A stretch of 42,169 bases of DNA from Patescibacteria group bacterium (GTDB taxonomy: Bacteria; Patescibacteriota; Minisyncoccia; Phycocordibacterales; GWA1-40-21), in NCBI GenBank assembly GCA_018968925.1, contig JAGWZI010000003.1, positions 1 through 42,169 of the forward strand, in the 5' to 3' direction. A program made the position numbers and the translations under genes. Positions within the stretch are counted from its first letter, which is position 1. Each line of letters opens with the position of its first letter. Below are positions 8,490-17,378 of this stretch, one piece after another. The notes under the pieces were generated by a model. That model made no database searches and was not told the DNA's origin. It saw only the letters and a list, made by a program, of their open reading frames with translations.

Positions 8490-9953
8490 TCAACGTTCGT
8501 AGACGACCGTGTTCGAAGAGAAGGTTGGAGATTGTGCGCACATGCCGGCCGCATAATCGGCTTCTAATTTAGCTGCACTATCCATGCGAACATCCACGTG
8601 TCCTTCGTTCCCATGTCCGCCCGCGCCAACGGCACCCTCAAAACAGTAGATATTTCCGTCAGCGGTTATCTGACTTGGATCGCGATTTATATATCCGCTG
8701 CCTTGTGGCGTAAAGATAAGTTGAGACCCGAGATATGGACTTGGAATAAGATCAGTGCCTGCGCTCACCACTCCTTTTGCAGGGTCAAGGTTGGAATGAA
8801 CAAGCCCAAGTAGCGAGCTTTCCACAATCCCTTGGTATGAAGCAGTATCGCCTTTGTGATACCAATTCCCTTGAGCCGTGCCTGATTTGTCTTGCATGGT
8901 CGATCCGCATGCGGGGATACCGTTTGCACCGGCATTCTGAACGGTAAGTGCTGCGGAGAGATCCGACCTTACGGTACTCGTGAAATAGTCGAGAGGGCAA
9001 ACGGTGTGCAGATAGCTATCTGCAAGCATGCCTGTTGCTTCGCCTTGATCGATGAATGAAAGCGACGTTGTGCGTACATCGGCAACCGCAAAGTCAGCTC
9101 CGCCGGGTTGACCCTGATACGGCAGTACTGTGCCAAGTTCTTCTCCGCTTGTAAGCGGGATCGAGAGCGGTCCATACACCGTATTCTTTACCGTTGCTCC
9201 CTGGTCAATACTTGCGGGGGTAAGCGTAGAAAGCGCCTGTACGAGTCGGGGCGACAGCGTGTTGATTTGGAAAGCGAACATCAAACTCTTGCACGGCGAG
9301 AAGTAGAGCTTTACATTGTTCGTCCCGGCATCTGCACCGGAAGTTCCCACCGATTCAGCAACGGCAAGGAGAGTGACATTCCCCGGAGCATACACCGGCG
9401 TCGCTCCCGATGAACTTCCGTCGAGATATACGTGATCAGCTTGGTCGGGCAAAATATGTTCGCCGTTCAGATGGCCCATGGGCTCAATTCCAGAGAGATC
9501 TGCCGCACTCATAGGAGAGTTGCTAAATAGTGCATTATTTGAGGGACATGAAGGAAGCGCTCCCGCGTTTGCGGTCGTATTGTTCCCGACGTATGCCACG
9601 TCGTTCGAGCGAACGGGTCCGCTCGGAGTCCCTTGGGTGTAGGCACGCATACCGGAGGACATCATATTCTGGAGTTGCGCGCATGCCGATGTCAGAGCGG
9701 ATTTCATGCAAGCGGCAATGCATGATCCCTGGTCTGTGCAGCCGATCTCATTCATAAGAACCTGTTCTTGAGAATTTGATTGCTGGTCGTTTGATGGAGA
9801 AGTATTTTGTGCCGAGTTCGCTTCTGACCCTATCGGCAACGGGAAGGACGCATTATTTTGGTGAAAAACAAGATATGCTCCTCCAGCGAGGATAATTATT
9901 GCGAGTATACCAATAAGGATGAAAACACTCGACAGTCCTCTTCGAAGATTCAT
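8490..9953 (-). CDS. Membrane-anchored secreted protein, possible degenerate M23-peptidase-like fold
   Basis: N-terminal TM, low-complexity linker, Cys-rich GCTDQGSCIAAC segment, then HILPDQADHVY..PVYAPGNVT..LTSGEELG; visibly lower GC than the flanks. Confidence 0.65.
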   Translation of the reverse strand: MNLRRGLSSVFILIGILAIIILAGGAYLVFHQNNASFPLPIGSEANSAQNTSPSNDQQSNSQEQVLMNEIGCTDQGSCIAACMKSALTSACAQLQNMMSSGMRAYTQGTPSGPVRSNDVAYVGNNTTANAGALPSCPSNNALFSNSPMSAADLSGIEPMGHLNGEHILPDQADHVYLDGSSSGATPVYAPGNVTLLAVAESVGTSGADAGTNNVKLYFSPCKSLMFAFQINTLSPRLVQALSTLTPASIDQGATVKNTVYGPLSIPLTSGEELGTVLPYQGQPGGADFAVADVRTTSLSFIDQGEATGMLADSYLHTVCPLDYFTSTVRSDLSAALTVQNAGANGIPACGSTMQDKSGTAQGNWYHKGDTASYQGIVESSLLGLVHSNLDPAKGVVSAGTDLIPSPYLGSQLIFTPQGSGYINRDPSQITADGNIYCFEGAVGAGGHGNEGHVDVRMDSAAKLEADYAAGMCAQSPTFSSNTVVYER

Positions 9954-10106
9954 GCGAGTATGATAGCACGATTAAATTGAAATTACATGGCGTCCTCTGA
10001 ACGAAAGTTTGAATTCCTTCGCGGTCGAGGCGCGAAGAGGTTCGAGCTTTTTTTTAAAAAGGCTAAAACAAAGAGTTCTCAGGTATTCTGATAAAAAAAT
10101 CTGACT

Positions 10107-10194
<88 letters not shown>

Positions 10195-10266
10195 GTGGCG
10201 AACGCCGGAATCCTAGCATCTTTTTGCCTTTTCCGCAAAAAATGATACAGTGCTACGCGTATTTCC

Positions 10267-10338
10267 GGCCCTATCGTCTAACGGTTAGGACACGGGCTTT
10301 TCAAGCCTGTAATCGGGGTTCGATTCCCCGTAGGGTCA
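10267..10338 (+). tRNA. tRNA-Glu(TTC)
   Basis: GGCCCTA/TAGGGTC acceptor stem, CGGGC-ttTTCaa-GCCTG, GGTTCGATTCC. Confidence 0.96.
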
Positions 10339-10340
10339 CA

Positions 10341-11039
10341 TTATACGTTGCATCCACTTGTTTGGACCGGCGCAACGGAACCGAGACCGCATCCGCTCTC
10401 CTGCTGTCCCGGAAACCACATGGCGTTCGCCTGGGCAGCGGCGGCGAGAAGTTCGCCTTCGTCCATCCCTTTCGACGAAAGGATCTCGAGCAGGCCGAGC
10501 ATCGCCATGCCGTGATTGCAATCCGGAAAGTATGCGCTGTTCCGGCAGCAGGGACGGAACACTTCTTTCGACGTTTTCTCGACAAGCGCCTGTTCGGCCG
10601 GCGTCAGCTCGAGAAACGCATGCATGCCGTAATGATCCATCGGATTGCCGGTCGAAACGGTCCATCCGCCGACGGATGCCATGTTCTGCGGACCGCCATA
10701 AGCCGGATCCGTCATCGGTCCGTTCTCGAGGATCGCATTCTTGTTCGAGAGACCGAAGCCCCACAGCAGGTTGAGTTCCGTTACCTGCGACAATTTCTCC
10801 GGATCGAGCACGCCGTTTTGCACAAGTTCGGCGAGCAAGGCATTCTCGGCCTGCATCGGCAGCAAATGCCCGCCATCCACGATAGTTGCCGTATCCGTTG
10901 CGGCATCCGAGACGGAAATCTGCGCGTTGGGCGGCGGAACGCGTCCCGGCGAATTCCACTTGAGGCCGATAACGAAAGCGGCGAGCATGCCGGCAAGAAG
11001 GATCGCGGCCGCCGGCATTGTTGATGTATGTTGTTTCAT
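10341..11039 (-). CDS. Membrane-anchored Cys/His-rich putative metal-binding protein
   Basis: N-terminal TM; RPCCRNSAYFPDCNHGMAMLG motif; terminal SGC repeats; last gene of the csoR cluster. Confidence 0.7.
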   Translation of the reverse strand: MKQHTSTMPAAAILLAGMLAAFVIGLKWNSPGRVPPPNAQISVSDAATDTATIVDGGHLLPMQAENALLAELVQNGVLDPEKLSQVTELNLLWGFGLSNKNAILENGPMTDPAYGGPQNMASVGGWTVSTGNPMDHYGMHAFLELTPAEQALVEKTSKEVFRPCCRNSAYFPDCNHGMAMLGLLEILSSKGMDEGELLAAAAQANAMWFPGQQESGCGLGSVAPVQTSGCNV

Positions 11040-11046
11040 TTCCGTG

Positions 11047-11826
11047 TCAGATGAAGAGGACGAGAATGCCGATAATGATCATGGCGACGCCGGCCCAAAG
11101 GTGGACGTCTTTCATGTTCGTGGCTTTCCATTCTTTGACCTTGCCGATCAGCGCGGGATTCGCCGCAACAGAGAGCGTCACGGCGAGCGGCGCGACGAGG
11201 ATGGCGTTGTAGAGCAGAAGATAGCCGAAACCCGTCGCATACGTCGCATGGTCGTGCAGGAGGCCGATGACCATGAGATACGGACCGCCCATGCACGGAA
11301 ACTGGCAGAGGCCGACGAGAAGGCCCAAGCCGAACGCGGCGGGAAGCGTCGCCGCGTTCATGAGTTCACCCATCGGCCGATGCGCGGCATCGGGGATCTT
11401 CAGCCGGAGCGGAAATTTCGGGAAGAGGGCGGCGAGCACGTTGAGCAGGCCGAAAACGACGAGTAGCGCCGAGCCGACCTTGCCCATGAAATGCGGAACG
11501 TTGAAAAGATGGATCACTCGCAGGATGCCGATGCCGATCCCGAAGTACGCGGCGAAGATGCCGGCGATGTAGAGCCCGCCGATCTCGAGGATCCGCCTGC
11601 GGCTCATCTGCAGACTGAAAAGGAACGCGATGGTGATGAGCAGGATCGAGAACGAGCACGGGTGCACGCTGTCAAGAAGCGCCGAGAATCCGACGAGCGG
11701 CAGGAGCCAAACGCCGCCGCGGCTCGCATGCCAGAGGAATGCCGAGAATCCCGTGCTTCGCTGAAGCACGGCGATGACGGCAATGGCGAACACAATGGCG
11801 CCGAGACTGATGACGAGTTTCTTCAT
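11047..11826 (-). CDS. CcdA/DsbD-like transmembrane protein
   Basis: 6-7 TM helices with LLDSVHPCSF and LCQFPCMGGPY Cys-Pro motifs. Confidence 0.85.
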   Translation of the reverse strand: MKKLVISLGAIVFAIAVIAVLQRSTGFSAFLWHASRGGVWLLPLVGFSALLDSVHPCSFSILLITIAFLFSLQMSRRRILEIGGLYIAGIFAAYFGIGIGILRVIHLFNVPHFMGKVGSALLVVFGLLNVLAALFPKFPLRLKIPDAAHRPMGELMNAATLPAAFGLGLLVGLCQFPCMGGPYLMVIGLLHDHATYATGFGYLLLYNAILVAPLAVTLSVAANPALIGKVKEWKATNMKDVHLWAGVAMIIIGILVLFI

Positions 11827-11828
11827 GG

Positions 11829-12341
11829 CTATGGCGTTACGATTGCTTTGATCTCGAACTTGAGCGCGCCGCCGGACGCATCGGTGAGCAGAATGAAGCG
11901 GTCGATCGAACCGACGCCTGCCGGTCCGTGCGCGGCGGGGTTGAAAATGACGCGGAGCGTGCGGGTAACGCCCGCCTTGATCGTCTCATCCGTCGCGTTC
12001 ATGCCGCCCATGCCCGGCATGCCGAAAGGACCTTTGGTCGATCCGTCAGGTTCGACAAGCAAAGCCGACGTGCACATGCAGGACGTCTCGACCTGCGTGA
12101 TCGTGACATCGTGGTTTGCCGGATTGGTGAATGTGAAATCCCTGCTGACGTCGCCGTTTCTCATCGATATGGTGCCGAAGTCGTAGAACGTGCTCGAAGC
12201 GGCGAGTGCGCTTGCCGGCGCATTCGCCGGAACGCCCTGGACGCTCGCCGCGCTTGAACCGCTATTCGCATAACCGAGAACGAAGAGTCCGAAAATTGCG
12301 AGACAGACCGCGAGAATGATGATTGTTTCTTTTAATTTCAT
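11829..12341 (-). CDS. DUF1573-like Ig-fold protein
   Basis: N-terminal TM; YDFGTI..FTFTN..ITQVETSCMCT motif; GMPGMGG Met-rich loop. Confidence 0.8.
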   Translation of the reverse strand: MKLKETIIILAVCLAIFGLFVLGYANSGSSAASVQGVPANAPASALAASSTFYDFGTISMRNGDVSRDFTFTNPANHDVTITQVETSCMCTSALLVEPDGSTKGPFGMPGMGGMNATDETIKAGVTRTLRVIFNPAAHGPAGVGSIDRFILLTDASGGALKFEIKAIVTP

Positions 12342-12409
12342 GTTTGATGGTAAAAATGGTAAAGACAAAAAGCGCTGCATGGCGCGCGCAAGGCCGGATT
12401 TCCGGCGAT

Positions 12410-12808
12410 TTATGAAAGAGATGGACCGTTTTCAAACAGTGAAAGCCATTCGGTCAACGCATGTTGAAAAATATCCGGCGGAGGATCGGGAACGACGGCG
12501 AGCGAGCGCGGCGGTTTGAAAAAACCTTGCATAAAAAATACGCCTGCAACCGCAAAGAGAAGAAAAACAAACGGCATCGCAAAGCTTGAAACGAGCGCAC
12601 CGAGAAACGACTGGTATGCGCCGATATGATGCATCGCTGCCGCGGCCGCATCCTGTGGACAAAGCGCCGTTTCCATCGCTGAAGAAAAAATGCATCCGCT
12701 CATCATGCGCCCGTCAGGACCGAAAGAGAGCGGCAAGCTCAAAAAAACGATCCCCAAAAAGAATGCGAGGATGATCGCGCCAACGGTTTTTGTTGCGTAC
12801 GTTCCCAT
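12410..12808 (-). CDS. Hypothetical membrane protein with Cys/His/Met motif
   Basis: Two hydrophobic segments flanking MMSGCIF..LCPQ..MHHI; starts 2 nt after the ATPase stop. Confidence 0.65.
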   Translation of the reverse strand: MGTYATKTVGAIILAFFLGIVFLSLPLSFGPDGRMMSGCIFSSAMETALCPQDAAAAAMHHIGAYQSFLGALVSSFAMPFVFLLFAVAGVFFMQGFFKPPRSLAVVPDPPPDIFQHALTEWLSLFENGPSLS

Positions 12809-12809
12809 G

Positions 12810-14702
12810 TCAGAGCGTTTGTTTTCTTAAAAGGACCGCGTTCACCGAGACAATGACGGTCGACAGCGACATGAAGACCGCGGCGATCGCCGGCCCGATG
12901 ACGATCCCCCGACTTGCAAGCGCGCCGGCGGCGACCGGCATGGCGATCAGATTGTAACCGGTCGCCCAAAAAAGATTCTGGAGCATTTTTCCGTAGGTCA
13001 GCTTTGAAAGCCTGATGATTTTCGCGACGTCCCGTGGATCGCTCTTGACGAGAACGATGCCCGCCGATTCGATCGCCACGTTCGTGCCCGCGCCGATAGC
13101 GATGCCGAGATCGGCTTGTGAGAGCGCTGGGGCATCGTTCACGCCGTCGCCGACCATCGCGACCTTGCGTCCGCGTGCCTGGAGCTCCTTCACCTTCCTG
13201 ACCTTGTCTTCCGGCAAGATGCGGGCGAAATATTCGTCGAGGCCGAGTTCTTCGGCGACCTGCTTTGCTGTCTCTTCGCTGTCGCCGGTGATCATGGCGA
13301 CGCGGATGCCTGATGTTTTCAGCCGTTCCACGGCTTCTTTCGATTCCGGACGAACGGCATCGGCAATTGCGATCGTTCCGATGCTTCTGCCGTCTTTTTC
13401 GACGACGATATCGTTCCCGCCTTTCGTGCCGACAAAAATCTTGCTGCCGTTCACCACGCCTCGAGCCCCCCGGCCGGGAATACGGGTGAAGTTGGAAACA
13501 TTTTCGATTTTTAACATGCGCTTCTTCGCTTCTTCAACGATCGCCTTTCCGATCGGATGTTCCGAATGCGTATCGATCGCCGCCGCAAGCGCGAGCGTTT
13601 CGTCCGATGTAACCGATACGACTTTGAATTTTGCTTCGGTCAGCGTGCCTGTCTTGTCGAAAAGCACCGTATCAATGTTTCGCGCCGCTTCGAGCGCAAG
13701 GCGCTGGCGTATCAGGAGGCCGCTTCGCGCTCCCATCGTTGTCGAGATTGAAGCGACAAGCGGAACAGCGAGACCGAGCGCGTGCGGACAGGCAATGACG
13801 AGCACCGCCACGACGAACGTTACGGCAACCGCTGGGCTTGCTCCGACCGCGATCCAAGCAATGAATGTGATGATTGCCGCAACAATGGCGACGATCGTGA
13901 GATAGAATGCCGCGCGATCGGAAAGGATCTGAAGCTGCGATTTTGAAGCCTGTGCATCGGCAACAAGACGCATTACTCCGGCAAGGAACGTGTTCTCGCC
14001 GATTTTCGTCACTTCAACTTTCAAACTGCCGTCGCCATTCGTCGAGCCGGCGACGACTTCCTGTCCGACACCTTTCGATACAGGCTTCGATTCGCCAGTA
14101 ATGATCGATTCGTTCAAGTCTGACTTGCCATCGATGATTTTTCCGTCAGCCGGTATTTTTGATCCCGGACGAACCAGAACACTATCGCCCACGTTCAATT
14201 CTGCGAGTGCAACCTTGACTGGCTGTCCGTTTCGGAGAACTTCCGCCGTATCCGGCAAAAGCTTTGCGAGTTCTTTGAGCGCCCCCTGCGCGCCCTGGAC
14301 GGCTTTCATCTCGATAAAGTGGCCGAGCAGCATGACGGCAATGAGCGTCGAAAGCTCCCACCAGAGCGTATTGCCCGAACCGGCAAAGGTCGAATAGACA
14401 CTCCAGGCGTACGCGGTCGTGATGGCAAGCGCGATGAGCGTCATCATGCCCGGCATCTTCGCCCGAAGCTCTCGGACGGCGCTCGCGAGGAACACCCATC
14501 CGCAGAAAAAGAATATGACGCTACCGAAAACGAGCGACGCGTATTTTTCCGGATATGCGAAAATCGCAACGGTCAAAGCAAGCGCGATCCAGAATCTTTG
14601 TAGGAATGATTCCGTATGATGTCCGGCATGCTTGTCAGATTCCCCATGACCGTGGACTTTCATTTGGTGCGTTTCCGGTTGTATGTGCGCGCAACAGTCC
14701 AT
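12810..14702 (-). CDS. Copper-type P1B ATPase (CopB-like)
   Basis: His-rich N-terminus, TGES, CPHALGLA, DKTGT, SEHP, GDGVNDAP, and YN/MSLS TM ligands. Confidence 0.93.
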   Translation of the reverse strand: MDCCAHIQPETHQMKVHGHGESDKHAGHHTESFLQRFWIALALTVAIFAYPEKYASLVFGSVIFFFCGWVFLASAVRELRAKMPGMMTLIALAITTAYAWSVYSTFAGSGNTLWWELSTLIAVMLLGHFIEMKAVQGAQGALKELAKLLPDTAEVLRNGQPVKVALAELNVGDSVLVRPGSKIPADGKIIDGKSDLNESIITGESKPVSKGVGQEVVAGSTNGDGSLKVEVTKIGENTFLAGVMRLVADAQASKSQLQILSDRAAFYLTIVAIVAAIITFIAWIAVGASPAVAVTFVVAVLVIACPHALGLAVPLVASISTTMGARSGLLIRQRLALEAARNIDTVLFDKTGTLTEAKFKVVSVTSDETLALAAAIDTHSEHPIGKAIVEEAKKRMLKIENVSNFTRIPGRGARGVVNGSKIFVGTKGGNDIVVEKDGRSIGTIAIADAVRPESKEAVERLKTSGIRVAMITGDSEETAKQVAEELGLDEYFARILPEDKVRKVKELQARGRKVAMVGDGVNDAPALSQADLGIAIGAGTNVAIESAGIVLVKSDPRDVAKIIRLSKLTYGKMLQNLFWATGYNLIAMPVAAGALASRGIVIGPAIAAVFMSLSTVIVSVNAVLLRKQTL

Positions 14703-14706
14703 CGCT

Positions 14707-14973
14707 TTATTTCTGCCCCAGTTTGTAAATCTTCAGAATCTCCGCCGTCGCCTTCTTTTCATTCCCGTGCCTGATGCTGTGGGCGATATGGGTTTCCAGA
14801 TGATTCCTGAGAACCAGGTTGCCGACGCCCGAAAGCGCCTCGCGAACAGCTTCGATCTGCGTGATGATGTCCACGCAGTATTGTTCGCGATCGACCATGT
14901 CGCGAACGCCCTTCACCTGGCCGGCGACAATGGCAAGCCGCCGTTCGACGCTCTTTTTGATATTCTGCTTCAT
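14707..14973 (-). CDS. csoR: CsoR/RcnR family metal-sensing repressor
   Basis: RRLAIVAGQVKGVRDMV..YCVDIITQIEAV..LRNHLETH; the last ligand position is His rather than Cys. Confidence 0.85.
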   Translation of the reverse strand: MKQNIKKSVERRLAIVAGQVKGVRDMVDREQYCVDIITQIEAVREALSGVGNLVLRNHLETHIAHSIRHGNEKKATAEILKIYKLGQK

Positions 14974-14979
14974 GCCGCC

Positions 14980-15007
14980 ATGATACCCCCGCAGGGTATT
15001 TTGTCAA
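14980..15007 (-). promoter_or_regulatory. sigma70 promoter of csoR containing a CsoR-type operator
   Basis: TTGACA (15007-15002), 16-nt spacer, TATCAT (14985-14980); palindrome ATACCC-ccgca-GGGTAT (14983-14999) resembles known CsoR C/G-tract operators. Confidence 0.85.
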
Positions 15008-15033
15008 ACACCCTATTCAGCTATACTTATTTT

Positions 15034-15378
15034 ATGGTTACTATCAAAAGGATCTATCTGCCATGGAACAAAAATGACGGCTGTCGCGTGCTTGTCGACC
15101 GGCTCTGGCCGCGCGGGGTGAGCAAGCGGAAAGCGCGCCTGCATGCTTGGATGAAAGATATCGGTCCGTCAGGCGATTTGCGCATCTGGTTCGGCCACCG
15201 CAAAAGCCGCTGGGCAGCCTTCAAGCGGAAATACAAAAAGGAATTGGCCGGCAAGAAAGACCTTGTCGCCAAGCTCAGAAAACTTGAGAAAAAATTCAAG
15301 AAGCTGACGCTTTTGTTCGGTGCAAAGGACGAGAAACGCAATGAAGCGGTCTTGCTTGCCGAAATCCTTCGACGTTGA
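15034..15378 (+). CDS. DUF488/YeaO family protein
   Basis: IKRIY..DGCRVLVDRLWPRGVSK..WMKDIGPSGDLRIWFGH; start at ATG 15034. Confidence 0.9.
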   Translation: MVTIKRIYLPWNKNDGCRVLVDRLWPRGVSKRKARLHAWMKDIGPSGDLRIWFGHRKSRWAAFKRKYKKELAGKKDLVAKLRKLEKKFKKLTLLFGAKDEKRNEAVLLAEILRR

Positions 15379-16188
15379 TCAGACGATCAGCATCCGGCCT
15401 GCAGCATCCTCTCGGATAAACCGCTCTGCGAGAAGCGCATCAAGAATGCGCCCGACACGGACGACCGGTTCCCCCGCCCCCCGGGCAAGTTGCCGTGCGT
15501 CCATCCGTCCTCGCACGAGCAGGAGTTTCAGGATTCTGCCGCGCAATTGCCGGTCCGATCCCTCGAATTTGGACTGCTTGGCGTATTGCCCGCTTCTGCG
15601 GTTCGGATTCTCCACTTCCCCTTTCAGGTGCGCGCCGTAATCCATGAGCGCCGAATACCATTCGCGCGGACGCTTCATATCGAGCGTCTTTCGGACGAGC
15701 GGCAGAATGTCCGCATCGCGCACATTCCTTTTTTTCGGAAAAAAATGATGGATGAAAATCCGGCGGATATTCGTCTCGATGAACGCGACCGGCATGTTGA
15801 ACGCATACGCGCATATCGCGGCGGCGGTGTTCGGGCCGACGCCGGGCAAGTCGACAAGCACGGTCAGGTCCCGCGGCAATTTTTCTTTGAATTCCGCCGT
15901 TACCCGTTCCGCGGTACGCTTGAGGTAGAGCGCGCGGCGGTTATAGCCGAGCCCCGACCATGCTTTCAAAACTTGGGCGGTGGAAGCCTGCGCCAGACTC
16001 TTGAAATTCGGAAATTTTTCGATGAATTCCCAGTATTTGCCGATCACCCGCTCCACCTGCGTCTGCTGGAGCATGATCTCGGAAACGAGAATGTGATAGG
16101 GATCGCGCGTATGCCGCCACGGCAAATGACGTCTGCCGTATTTTTCGTAAAAATCGAGAATGAGCTTTCTGAAACGTGATGATTGCAC
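15379..16188 (-). CDS. mutY: A/G-specific adenine glycosylase (MutY-like, no Fe-S cluster)
   Basis: LPWR..DPYHILVSEIMLQQTQV, WSGLGYNRRA, HhH LPGVGPNTA; Cys cluster motif absent. Confidence 0.85.
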   Translation of the reverse strand: MQSSRFRKLILDFYEKYGRRHLPWRHTRDPYHILVSEIMLQQTQVERVIGKYWEFIEKFPNFKSLAQASTAQVLKAWSGLGYNRRALYLKRTAERVTAEFKEKLPRDLTVLVDLPGVGPNTAAAICAYAFNMPVAFIETNIRRIFIHHFFPKKRNVRDADILPLVRKTLDMKRPREWYSALMDYGAHLKGEVENPNRRSGQYAKQSKFEGSDRQLRGRILKLLLVRGRMDARQLARGAGEPVVRVGRILDALLAERFIREDAAGRMLIV

Positions 16189-16190
16189 GA

Positions 16191-16637
16191 TTATTTCGAT
16201 TCAATGTCGTAAATATCCTTCAGAATTTCGCCGGCATGGATCGTCGGATCGACTTTCGGGTATGCTTTCAAAATTTTTCCGTCTTTGCCGATCAAATATG
16301 AGATACGTTTCGTAAAAATACCGCCGAGCGCGCCGTACGCCTTGATGACTTCCTTTTTCGGGTCGGAAAGCAGTATGAACGGAAGTTTGTATTTCTCCTC
16401 GAATTTTTTGTGGCTTTCCACCGTGTCGTGGCTCACGCCGAACACTTTCACTCCCGCCCGTTCAAAATCGTTGTACATATCGCGGATCGCGCACGCTTCC
16501 TTCGTGCAGCCGGACGTATCGTCTTTCGGATAAAAATACACGAGAACTAACTGTCCTTTGTGATAGGAAAGAGAATGCTCCAGGCCGTTCTGGTCTTTCA
16601 GTTTGAAATCCGGCACTTTTGTTCCGACTGCAAGCAT
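16191..16637 (-). CDS. bcp: Peroxiredoxin BCP/PrxQ
   Basis: YFYPKDDTSGCTKEAC motif; start moved to ATG 16637. Confidence 0.92.
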   Translation of the reverse strand: MLAVGTKVPDFKLKDQNGLEHSLSYHKGQLVLVYFYPKDDTSGCTKEACAIRDMYNDFERAGVKVFGVSHDTVESHKKFEEKYKLPFILLSDPKKEVIKAYGALGGIFTKRISYLIGKDGKILKAYPKVDPTIHAGEILKDIYDIESK

Positions 16638-16737
16638 GAGAATATTGTACCATGATTTCAAAGATTGACTGCAAGGGAAAATATCGCTAGTATCATCTTA
16701 GAAGCATCTTGACTCAATACTTGTATGGAGGGAATCC

Positions 16738-17310
16738 ATGCCTCAGGCAAAGCCGTTTGCAGAGCGTGTATGGGAAAAACAACAGGATAGGATAAACATC
16801 TGGTATAAGAATTTCCCGCATTTTCAATTGCGGGTATTCCAAAATCCTCTCCCGGACATGGAAAATTCGGGGCAGTACAGCGGAAATGTGTTTTTTGTCA
16901 TACGAGACGCTGCTGGGAAAATCCGCAACGGCCGACCAGCGGAATTTATCGAATACTATCCGACGGCCGCTACAGCAAAAAAAGAAGCTGAGAAAAAATT
17001 TGCTGAAATGGTCCGGCGTATCAGCGTTGAAGCAAAAAATTTGAAAGATTTTCCCTGGAAAAGGAAGGAGGACTTCTGGCCGACAAAAAGAAGGGTCTTT
17101 CATTATGGAAAACATATGAAATACCTTTCCGCGAATGTTTTCAGAGGACCAAAGAAATACAAAGACCGGTGGGTTGTCTTGGTGAATTTCACTGCGCTCG
17201 GAGATCCATTCCTGCTGATCGATACCAGGCCGAGATTGCGTGAAGCAAAAATCCGTGCTGACAAGCTTCTCGCGCAGGCCGCGCGGGAAATTGCAAAAGA
17301 AATAAGGTAG
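16738..17310 (+). CDS. Hypothetical basic protein (low GC)
   Basis: 190-aa ORF with GGAGG SD upstream and its own terminator; no recognised family. Confidence 0.65.
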   Translation: MPQAKPFAERVWEKQQDRINIWYKNFPHFQLRVFQNPLPDMENSGQYSGNVFFVIRDAAGKIRNGRPAEFIEYYPTAATAKKEAEKKFAEMVRRISVEAKNLKDFPWKRKEDFWPTKRRVFHYGKHMKYLSANVFRGPKKYKDRWVVLVNFTALGDPFLLIDTRPRLREAKIRADKLLAQAAREIAKEIR

Positions 17311-17318
17311 GCGGACAG

Positions 17319-17354
17319 AAAGACCGTTCGGAAAAAATCCGGATGGTCTTTTTT
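17319..17354 (+). terminator. Intrinsic terminator
   Basis: AAAGACCGTTCGGA-aaaaa-TCCGGATGGTCTTT plus T-run. Confidence 0.7.
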
Positions 17355-17378
17355 ATCGTCAAATGATACTGTAAAAGC

